A stretch of 11,040 bases of DNA from Candidatus Aenigmatarchaeota archaeon (GTDB lineage Archaea > Aenigmatarchaeota > Aenigmatarchaeia > Aenigmatarchaeales > JACQIB01), in NCBI GenBank assembly GCA_038999215.1, contig JAWABM010000018.1, positions 1 to 11,040 on the forward strand, given 5' to 3'. Under the pieces are notes generated by a model. It saw only the letters and a list, made by a program, of their open reading frames with translations, was not told where the DNA came from and searched no databases. Shown here piece after piece: positions 1 through 6,748 of this stretch; the stretch's first letter is position 1; each line of letters opens with the position of its first letter. The position numbers and the translations under genes are program-made.

Positions 1-1
1 A

Positions 2-529
2 TATCCTTATGATGCTTCCAAGGCCTGCACCGACATACTTGCAAGATGCTACCACAAGACCTTCGGCCTGCCGGTTGCCGTGACAAGGCTTGCGAACGTT
101 TACGGCGGGGCCGACTTCCATTTCGACAGGATAGTGCCCGGGACCATAGTGTCGGTCCTCAAGGGCGAGACCCCGATCATAAGAAGCGACGGGAAGCCGG
201 AAAGGGATTACATGTACATAGACGATGCCGTGAGCGCCTACCTGACGCTCGCCGAGAACCTTGACAGGAAGGAGGTACAGGGCGAGGCCTTCAATTTCGG
301 GACTGGAAAGGTGATAAGCGTGCTTGACTTCTTCAACACGATAATCAGGCTCTGCGGCAAGAGCGTGAGGCCCAAGGTGCTGAACGAGGCGAAAACAGAG
401 ATAATAAGGCAGTATCTTGACAGCACAAAAGCGAAAAAGATGCTGGGGTGGGAGGCCAAGGTGCCGCTCGAGGAAGGGCTGAAGAAAACGATAGAGTGGT
501 ACAAGAATTACCTAAAGGAAAAGAAGTAA
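2..529 (+). CDS. NAD-dependent epimerase/dehydratase (extended SDR, NDP-sugar 4,6-dehydratase-like, resembling RfbG-type enzymes); 5'-truncated by the window edge
   Basis: The frame is open from position 2: YPYDASKACTDILARCYHKTFGLPVAVTRLANVYGGAD. It has the catalytic YxxxK (YDASK), RxxNVYG, RDYMYIDD, AFNFGTG and the C-terminal LGWEAKVPLEEGLKKTIEWY typical of NDP-sugar dehydratases/epimerases. The track start at 80 is an internal GTG. Confidence 0.9.
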   Translation, partial: YPYDASKACTDILARCYHKTFGLPVAVTRLANVYGGADFHFDRIVPGTIVSVLKGETPIIRSDGKPERDYMYIDDAVSAYLTLAENLDRKEVQGEAFNFGTGKVISVLDFFNTIIRLCGKSVRPKVLNEAKTEIIRQYLDSTKAKKMLGWEAKVPLEEGLKKTIEWYKNYLKEKK

Positions 530-530
530 A

Positions 531-1241
531 CTACTTTTTCCAGACAGCCCAAGGCGCTCCGTTCTTCCAAAGTTCATTCAGTATCTGGAAGTCCTTTTGC
601 GTGTTCATGCTGAGCCAGAAGCCGTCATGCTCGTATGCGGCGATTTTCTTGTCCCTCACGAGCTCATTGAAGACCTCCACCTCGAACTCCATCTTCGGCC
701 TTATGTAGCCGAAAACTTTCTTATCGACAACATAGAAACCGCCATTGACCCAGTGCTTAAGCACGGGTTTCTCGGTAAACTTGGTTATCATCGAGCCCTT
801 ATCGATGTCCATGACGCCGAAGGCGGACGTCTCATGCACGGCAGTAAGCGTGACTACAGCCTTTTTGTCCTTGTGGAGCCTGATAACTTTGCTTATATCA
901 ACGTCGCTGACATCATCCCCATACGCAAGCAGGAACGTGTCCCCCTTTATGTACGGCTCAACCTTTTTCAGCCTCTCGGACTTCATGCTATCGAGGCCCG
1001 TGTCCACGAATTCTATCTTCCAGTCCGGCTCCCTGTTCTCAGGCTTGGAGAAGTATTCCTTTATCATGTTGCCAAGATATCCGAGGCAGAGTATGAACTC
1101 CTTATGCCCGTAATGCGAGTATATCTTCATCACGTGCCAAAGGATGGGCTTGTCGCCGATATGCAGAAGATGCTTCGGGATTTCTCTGGATTTTTCATCC
1201 ATCCTTGTGCCCTTGCCGCCGCAAAATATGACTACCTGCAT
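531..1241 (-). CDS. Sugar-phosphate nucleotidyltransferase, glucose-1-phosphate cytidylyltransferase (RfbF)-like
   Basis: Motifs MQVVIFCGGKGTR, IPK, IGDKPILWHVMKIYSHYG, ILCLGY, VDTG, YGD, WVNGGFYV, HDGFW and C-terminal APWAVW match the RfbF family. I chose ATG 1241 over 1250 because family proteins begin there and a TTTAAA lies 22 nt upstream. Confidence 0.85.
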   Translation of the reverse strand: MQVVIFCGGKGTRMDEKSREIPKHLLHIGDKPILWHVMKIYSHYGHKEFILCLGYLGNMIKEYFSKPENREPDWKIEFVDTGLDSMKSERLKKVEPYIKGDTFLLAYGDDVSDVDISKVIRLHKDKKAVVTLTAVHETSAFGVMDIDKGSMITKFTEKPVLKHWVNGGFYVVDKKVFGYIRPKMEFEVEVFNELVRDKKIAAYEHDGFWLSMNTQKDFQILNELWKNGAPWAVWKK

Positions 1242-1261
1242 GAGAAACATAACGAAGGCAA

Positions 1262-1269
1262 TATTTAAA
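1262..1269 (-). promoter_or_regulatory. Archaeal TATA box (TTTAAATA), probably for a leaderless nucleotidyltransferase transcript
   Basis: TTTAAA at 1269-1264 on -, with 22 nt before ATG 1241 and no SD motif. Confidence 0.55.
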
Positions 1270-1272
1270 ATG

Positions 1273-1965
1273 TTATCTTCCGAGCCTGTATTTCAGGCCC
1301 TCCTTCACTATGAACAGCCATATTCCAATAACCATTCTCACTCCTCTCGGAACCTTGGACAGGTACTTGTAATAGACTGTCACAGGCGCATTGGAAATAA
1401 TCAGGCCTGACCTGATACATTTTATCAGCATATAATTGTCTATTATGTAACCACCCTGCACACGTCCTATCGCTTCGAGGGCGTTTCTGTTCATCGCAAC
1501 CAGACCGCAGTTAGTATCCTTGAGTTTTGTGCCGAAAAGAAGATTGAAAGTCAGCCTCCACACAAGATTGCCTAGCCTGTGCCTGAACGGCACCGCAGAC
1601 CATTCTCTGCTGCCCATGACAAAATCCGCCTCATTTTTTATCAGCGGAAGAAGCACATTTTCCGCATCCTTAGGGCGATATTGCATATCAGCGTCCAACA
1701 AAACGACATATTTCGCATCCTTCATCTGCTTGACAAAGGAAAACCCGGTGTTCAATGCTTCACCTTTGCCTTTGTTTGTCCCATGCCTCAGGACTATCGC
1801 GCCAGCCATTTTCGCAATTTTTGCAGTGTTATCCTCAGAACCGTCATCAACAACTATGATTTTGGCGCCCTTCAAATCGGAAATCGCAAGGCTTACTGAT
1901 TCACCTATGTTATTGCCCTCATTGTATGCCGGCATTATCACGGCTACTTCAGAATATGACCTCGT
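1273..1965 (-). CDS. GT2 glycosyltransferase, dolichol-phosphate glycosyltransferase (DPM1-like); start uncertain (ACG 1965 or GTG 1941)
   Basis: Motifs VAVIMPAYNE, IIVVDDGSEDNT, NKGKGEA, VLLDADMQY (DxD), ADFVMGSR and DTNCG. It lies directly downstream of aglB. The frame is open back to an in-frame TGA at 1974-1972. Confidence 0.88.
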   Translation of the reverse strand, partial: TRSYSEVAVIMPAYNEGNNIGESVSLAISDLKGAKIIVVDDGSEDNTAKIAKMAGAIVLRHGTNKGKGEALNTGFSFVKQMKDAKYVVLLDADMQYRPKDAENVLLPLIKNEADFVMGSREWSAVPFRHRLGNLVWRLTFNLLFGTKLKDTNCGLVAMNRNALEAIGRVQGGYIIDNYMLIKCIRSGLIISNAPVTVYYKYLSKVPRGVRMVIGIWLFIVKEGLKYRLGR

Positions 1966-4066
1966 AAATTTTCACCTGTTCATTTCTGAACACCTGCTTG
2001 AAGTGCTCAAGCCCCTGCCCCTCGAGGAAGAACATCCTTGTGAAAACCGTATTCTTCAACCTGTCAGGTATGAGCGTCACGTATCCGTAATTAGACGGTA
2101 TCCACGCCGTAAGCGGAACTGTCTGATTGCTGAGCCTAAGGTTGTATTGTTTAAGGCCATCACTCAAAGCCTGCCTCTTCGTTTCATTCATGCTCTCAAA
2201 GCTGTATGTCTTCGGATATGCACCGTCATAATAAATCATCTCCTTGTACATCATCGCGTCCCTGCCCTGAACCAATACAGGGAAAGGTATTTCGCCGAAA
2301 AACACGATGGAATTTATCGATCCGGAGCTGTCCTTGAATATCAAGATAGGATTGCCGTTCTGGTCATAGGTCACACCGGTTCTTCCCAAAAGAATGTACA
2401 TCTGGCATGACGCGTCAGACCTCGCATCGCAACCAGTGCCGAAATACTGCAGCCACTGGTATTTTCCTATGAGGTCATCGGACGCTATCCAATAGGCCCT
2501 CTCGCTAGTACCCTTGTACTTGTTTATCAATCTGAGCGATTCGTTCTCATCCGTAGTGGCCATTATCTTGCCTAAGTCGGTTATCCTGTCGTTTATGGTG
2601 TACATGCAGGAGTTGTCGCAGTGCGCACCGTCGGCGAAGTTCCTCCTTTCGCCCCGCGTGGCTATCATGTGCCCAGGGTCCCACCACGTGCCTATTATAG
2701 CGGTCTCCGGGGTCTGCGTCCTTATGAAGTTCCACGCAGCATCCCATGATGGCGAGTTGTCCGGACCCAAGTTCTGCCCGACCTGCATCCCTATCCCCAT
2801 TGCGACGAAAGATATCCACAGGCCGGCACCGAGGGTAAGGATTTTCAGCATGCTGTCGCGTCTGGCGTATTCGACGGCCAGACCGAAGCCGGCGGCGATG
2901 ATTATTATGAAAAGCGCCGACGTGAATTCGGTGAATCTCACCCCCCTGAAGGTCGTATAGACGCTTATGGCAAAAAGCGTCAGAAGAAATGAGGCCTTCA
3001 TGGATTCCTTCTTGCCGAAGGCGTACGCCAAGCCGAACAGCATGAACAGGACAAAAAGCATGAATGTAAGCGCGTCCAGGAAAGTTTCCCCTATCCGGAA
3101 ATTCCCGGTTGCAGCGACCCAGCCCTGAAGATTGAAGATGTTAAAGGCCTGCAATTCTGCGATGGATATGTTGACTATCCATTTCTCCGCCGATCCGGCA
3201 AAACCTATTATTGCAAGCGAACTGCCTATCGGATTCCCGCCGGTGATGAGACCAATGGCGACAAGCACCGCAAATATCGATGCTAACACGATGATGTTCG
3301 ACTTGAGCCCTTTAAGGGCAAGCTGCAGCCTTTCCTTGGCCCTCGGCGCTATTTTTGTCTTCTCGCCCTCCCTGACCCACGTGCTGCTGCCCCATAACCA
3401 TTCGACAAAGAAGTTCACGACAGCGAAGGCCCCGAGCACAAAAAAGGAATAGGTGAACATGCCCCATGCGAGCATGAATGCTACAAAACCGAGCGACGCA
3501 AGGGCTATGCTGCCGACGCTCCTTTTCTTCAAAGCATAATAGCCGAGATAGATAGTAAGCGGAATGAAAAACAGGGCCATCTGGTCGGTATCATAGGAAC
3601 CTCCGAACGTCCTGACCATTATCTGCGGGGCGGTGCCTATCAATGCGGCAGCAAGAAGACCGCCGTACTTGTTCGAGAGCTCCCTCCCCAAAAGGAATGC
3701 TGGTATCACTATCATGGCCCCGTAGATGGCGGAAGCGTATGATGCCGTTGTCAGGAGCGAAAACCCGAAAAGCGGATTGAATATCCAAAATAAAATTGCG
3801 GTCAAATAAAACATCAGCGGTGCCAGCATGTTCGAATTTATTTCTCTTCCAACATAGTAAGTTAGCTCGTCCCATGCCGGCAGATGCCCCCAATCGGCGA
3901 AATATCTGGTGAACCTGTACTGGAAATCCGGGTCATATCCGAGCAATTTGTCTGGCACGATGTTGAAAGACCTTATCCAGTAGGCAAAGAAAAGTATGAA
4001 GATGAGCGCGAACACCCACCAGTTCTTTCTGACGAGCTTCAAACCCCTGCCTATGATTTTGTCCAT
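1949..4066 (-). CDS. aglB: Oligosaccharyltransferase AglB (STT3 family)
   Basis: Multi-TM N-terminal region with GYDPDFQYR, GGSYDTD (DxD), ISIAELQ (TIxE/SVSE-like) and RF. The soluble C-terminal domain has TWWDPGH (WWDxG), DLIGKYQWL (DK-like) and a terminal VKIYEV. Start is ATG 4066 (GTGGT just upstream) or TTG 4072. Confidence 0.95.
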   Translation of the reverse strand: MDKIIGRGLKLVRKNWWVFALIFILFFAYWIRSFNIVPDKLLGYDPDFQYRFTRYFADWGHLPAWDELTYYVGREINSNMLAPLMFYLTAILFWIFNPLFGFSLLTTASYASAIYGAMIVIPAFLLGRELSNKYGGLLAAALIGTAPQIMVRTFGGSYDTDQMALFFIPLTIYLGYYALKKRSVGSIALASLGFVAFMLAWGMFTYSFFVLGAFAVVNFFVEWLWGSSTWVREGEKTKIAPRAKERLQLALKGLKSNIIVLASIFAVLVAIGLITGGNPIGSSLAIIGFAGSAEKWIVNISIAELQAFNIFNLQGWVAATGNFRIGETFLDALTFMLFVLFMLFGLAYAFGKKESMKASFLLTLFAISVYTTFRGVRFTEFTSALFIIIIAAGFGLAVEYARRDSMLKILTLGAGLWISFVAMGIGMQVGQNLGPDNSPSWDAAWNFIRTQTPETAIIGTWWDPGHMIATRGERRNFADGAHCDNSCMYTINDRITDLGKIMATTDENESLRLINKYKGTSERAYWIASDDLIGKYQWLQYFGTGCDARSDASCQMYILLGRTGVTYDQNGNPILIFKDSSGSINSIVFFGEIPFPVLVQGRDAMMYKEMIYYDGAYPKTYSFESMNETKRQALSDGLKQYNLRLSNQTVPLTAWIPSNYGYVTLIPDRLKNTVFTRMFFLEGQGLEHFKQVFRNEQVKIYEVIF

Positions 4067-4098
4067 TCGCAACCACTTGAATAATGGTTTTGTGGTGC

Positions 4099-4110
4099 TT
4101 TAAATCTTTT
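4099..4110 (-). promoter_or_regulatory. BRE/TATA promoter for aglB (AAAAGATTTAAA)
   Basis: A purine-rich run followed by TTTAAA (4104-4099 on -), about 30 nt upstream of the aglB start. Confidence 0.5.
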
Positions 4111-4127
4111 ATAGCTTTGCGTTATTG

Positions 4128-4135
4128 AAGAAAAA
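4128..4135 (-). terminator. Possible oligo-T archaeal terminator (TTTTTCTT) after the acidic micro-ORF
   Basis: The T-tract starts 2 nt after the TAG stop at 4140-4138 on -. Confidence 0.35.
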
Positions 4136-4137
4136 GC

Positions 4138-4257
4138 CTACCATTCCTCGTCTTCCTTGAGGTCCCATTCCTCCTCGTCATCCTTCCCCTCTTCCTTCTC
4201 CTCGCCTTCGAGGGGTTCGTCCTCCTCAGGCAGGAAATTTTGGAACGGTTTTCTCAT
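4138..4257 (-). CDS. Putative 39-aa hyperacidic microprotein MRKPFQNFLPEEDEPLEGEEKEEGKDDEEEWDLKEDEEW
   Basis: ATG at 4257 lies 24 nt downstream of a TATA box. The ORF fills the only sizeable gap in the window, uses coding-like GAG/GAA/GAC codons, and has a T-tract after its stop. It is the C-terminal part of track ORF 4138..4470. Confidence 0.6.
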   Translation of the reverse strand: MRKPFQNFLPEEDEPLEGEEKEEGKDDEEEWDLKEDEEW

Positions 4258-4274
4258 ACTTGGCAATAAATTTG

Positions 4275-4290
4275 AAAAGTATTTAAAGAG
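4275..4290. promoter_or_regulatory. Palindromic TATA box (TTTAAA, 4282-4287), likely bidirectional
   Basis: 22 nt to ATG 4310 on + (preceded by BRE-like GAAAAG) and 24 nt to ATG 4257 on -. Confidence 0.6.
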
Positions 4291-4309
4291 TGCTGTCGGG
4301 GATAGTCCT

Positions 4310-5299
4310 ATGGAAAACCCTTTCAGGCGGGTTAAAGCTCTGGAAACGGACGAAATGATAGGGAACGCGTTCAGGTCAGCTGCCAAAGGGGCCGAGGAGG
4401 CGGAGCTGGAAGGGGATGTTGTCGAACGGGCAAGGCAGAAAGAGAGCCTGAGAATAAAGATTGCTGGCAACTACATTTATGACAAGCTGAAGGAATCTTC
4501 TCGCTCTTTCCCGGACTTCAACAAGCTGCCCGAGGCATACAAGCAGCTGGCGAAGACGCTGACCACGGAGGAAAAGTTCAGGAAGGCGCTGGCCTCGCAA
4601 ATCTGGGCGGCAAACATGATACGGAACCTGCAGATGTCATATTATGGCAAGATGAAGAAGGCCAAGCACACGCAGGATTGCAGGGAAGTAAGGAGACAGT
4701 TCTATGGAAGGGTGAGCTCATTGCTGCGTAAGATAAGGCCCGAGATGAAGCTGCTCAAGGAGATAGCACCGGAGCTCGGCAAGATGCCATCGCTGCAGGA
4801 AATGCCGACAATCGCCATAGCAGGCCTTCCGAACGTCGGAAAGAGCAGCCTGCTTGCGAGCCTGAGCGGGAGCAGGCCGGAAATACAGCCCTATCCGTTC
4901 ACCACCAAGAACCTGATGCTGGGATACATCGACTTCGGGCACAAAAGGCTGCAGCTCATAGATACGCCAGGACTTCTGGACAGGCCAATGGCGAAGAGGA
5001 GCAAGATAGAAAAGCAGGCCCTTGTGGCGCTCCAGCACATAGTAGACGTGGTGATTTACGTCTTCGATATGTCAGAGACATGCGGCTATACCGTTGAGCA
5101 GCAACTGAGGATGTACGGCGAGATAAAGAGCTCCTTTAACAAAGCGGTCATACCTGTGGCCAACAAGTCCGATATCGTCGGAAGGAAGGAGACGAAAGAG
5201 CTTGGCCTTGAGGAACGGGTCATAGACGTTTCCTGCGAGACCGGGGAAGGCATAGAGGAGCTGAAAAAATTTATTAAGGAAATGACAAAATACATTTAG
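4310..5299 (+). CDS. NOG1-family (OBG superfamily) GTP-binding protein, ribosome biogenesis GTPase
   Basis: Helical N-domain (FPDFNKLP, RRQFYGRVSS), G1 GLPNVGKS, G2 YPFTTK, G3 DTPGLLDRP, G4 NKSD and G5-like SCETGEG. The real start is MENPF at 4310; the Ser-rich extension from 4157 is antisense to the acidic ORF. Confidence 0.93.
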   Translation: MENPFRRVKALETDEMIGNAFRSAAKGAEEAELEGDVVERARQKESLRIKIAGNYIYDKLKESSRSFPDFNKLPEAYKQLAKTLTTEEKFRKALASQIWAANMIRNLQMSYYGKMKKAKHTQDCREVRRQFYGRVSSLLRKIRPEMKLLKEIAPELGKMPSLQEMPTIAIAGLPNVGKSSLLASLSGSRPEIQPYPFTTKNLMLGYIDFGHKRLQLIDTPGLLDRPMAKRSKIEKQALVALQHIVDVVIYVFDMSETCGYTVEQQLRMYGEIKSSFNKAVIPVANKSDIVGRKETKELGLEERVIDVSCETGEGIEELKKFIKEMTKYI

Positions 5300-5307
5300 G
5301 TGATGTC

Positions 5308-5760
5308 ATGGCAAAAAAGAAGGTGCCCCTTTGGTTCGAAGACCCTTTTGAAAGGATGGGTAGGCTGGAGGAAGAAATGCGCAAAACAATGAGGCAGATA
5401 TGGACAGAGCCAATCAGGATAAGGCAAATGCCGGCAAGCATAGCGGTGGACATTTCAGAAAGGGATGGAAACATCATGCTGAAGGCTGATATGCCGGGAT
5501 TTGACAAGGACGAAATACAGGTCAAGGTTTCATCGAACACCGTGGAAATGAGCGCCGAAAGAAAGAAAGAGAAAGAAGAAAGAGGGAAAACATTCTACAG
5601 GCGTGAAAGGAGCTACGGATCCGCCCGCAGAACAGTGACCTTGCCGGAAGAGGTCCTGCCCGACAAATCGAAGGCAAAATTCGAGCACGGCGTCCTCACG
5701 CTGGTCATGCCAAAGGCGCATAAGAAAAGGACAGGGGAGAAGGAAATCAAAGTCGAATGA
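5308..5760 (+). CDS. hsp20: Small heat shock protein Hsp20 (alpha-crystallin domain)
   Basis: Motifs VDISE, ADMPGFDKDEIQV, YRRERSYG, RTVTLPEEV, AKFEHGVLTLVMPK and the C-terminal IxV motif (EIKVE). SD GGTGA at 5299-5303. Confidence 0.95.
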   Translation: MAKKKVPLWFEDPFERMGRLEEEMRKTMRQIWTEPIRIRQMPASIAVDISERDGNIMLKADMPGFDKDEIQVKVSSNTVEMSAERKKEKEERGKTFYRRERSYGSARRTVTLPEEVLPDKSKAKFEHGVLTLVMPKAHKKRTGEKEIKVE

Positions 5761-6748
5761 CGCCAGGCCCACCCATTTCACCTTCGACAGAGAACCTTAC
5801 AGACAGGAACTTCTCAATCACGCCGATGTTCGTGATGCAGTGCCGGGTTATTCGGCTAGTCCTTATAGCCCCGCCGCTTAGCGCCATGAAGGGCAAGAGC
5901 ATATCGGCCGCGTGGCGGTCGACCGCCCCTCCGAGCTCGGCAACGAGGTTCCCGACGGCCTCCCTCGCGACCTGTTCCGCAGGCTCGCCCCTTTCCCCCA
6001 AGGCATCAGCACCGAGCACGCTGTTCTCGGCCACAAGCCTTATCAGGATACCGGATCCTGGCGACAAAGATTTGGAATATGAAATTTTAACCTCAACTGG
6101 CACCGAGAATTTTTCCGACAGGAGACTTTTCGCCTCATCGGCCTGCCTTTCGGCAACCCCGCCTTTTCTCAGGTGCTCGGATGCGGAGGAATAAATCTCC
6201 GCGGCCTTTATCTTCCCGAGCTCGGTCACATTGATAGGCGACCTTTCGTAAGGTTTGATGACGCATCTGGCCTTCGCACCCCCCTTAGGATAGAACCCTT
6301 CCCTTTCGATTTCAACAGAAAGTATTTCGCCTACAAAATGATTGAGCACCTTATCGAGATAAAGCACCGGCGGAGCCCACTTGTTCCAAGTGCCTCCGCC
6401 GTTGAACGTCACGTGGATGTGGTCCTTAATGCCCGGCGCCACGATTGACAGCGCCTGCAGCACGAGCCCTACCGACCCGGCTGTCCCCATCTCGACATTA
6501 AGGTCCTTGGGTTCGAGCCTCTGCGGAACAAATTCCATCTCCCTTGAACCGACAGAGAGACCTTTAACCTTCGCATCACAGAGCTCCGCCAACGCGTTGA
6601 TACCTTCTATGTGCTGAACCTTGAGGCCAGGTTCAGGCCTTGCGCCGCGGATGTTATTTATCCGGAAAGCCTTTCCTGTCAAGGCAGAAAGGGCCGCTGC
6701 CGTGCGGACCATCTGGCCGCCTGCATCGGATCCATCCAGTTCTATCAT
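5747..6748 (-). CDS. rtcA: RNA 3'-terminal phosphate cyclase
   Basis: Motifs MIELDGS..GGQMVRTA, IRGARPEPGLKVQH, GTAGSVGLVLQ, GFYPKGG, AEQVA, HAADML and the catalytic His in TRHCITN (codon 5842-5840). ATG 6748 overlaps the upstream stop (ATGA). Confidence 0.93.
   Translation of the reverse strand: MIELDGSDAGGQMVRTAAALSALTGKAFRINNIRGARPEPGLKVQHIEGINALAELCDAKVKGLSVGSREMEFVPQRLEPKDLNVEMGTAGSVGLVLQALSIVAPGIKDHIHVTFNGGGTWNKWAPPVLYLDKVLNHFVGEILSVEIEREGFYPKGGAKARCVIKPYERSPINVTELGKIKAAEIYSSASEHLRKGGVAERQADEAKSLLSEKFSVPVEVKISYSKSLSPGSGILIRLVAENSVLGADALGERGEPAEQVAREAVGNLVAELGGAVDRHAADMLLPFMALSGGAIRTSRITRHCITNIGVIEKFLSVRFSVEGEMGGPGVIRL

Noticed and set aside
1273..1965. GT2 gene looks somewhat more AT-rich than its neighbours (possible horizontal acquisition)
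   Set aside because: The difference is modest and judged by eye, there are no mobility signatures, and the gene is tightly interlocked with aglB.
1949..1976. AglB-GT2 fusion by +1 frameshift at GTG AAA ATT TAC
   Set aside because: The AglB C-terminal domain is extracellular while GT2 needs cytoplasmic nucleotide sugars. The AglB VKIYEV end is also intact.
597..2410. Long plus-strand ORFs 597..1268 and 1520..2410
   Set aside because: They are antisense to well-supported genes and have no recognisable motifs.
4071..4089. Short inverted repeat AACCA-N9-TGGTT over the aglB start region
   Set aside because: The 5-bp arms are expected by chance, and there is no second copy to support an operator.
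4157..4309. Ser-rich N-terminal extension of the GTPase
   Set aside because: It is the reverse complement of the Glu-rich micro-ORF. The TATA box points to ATG 4310.
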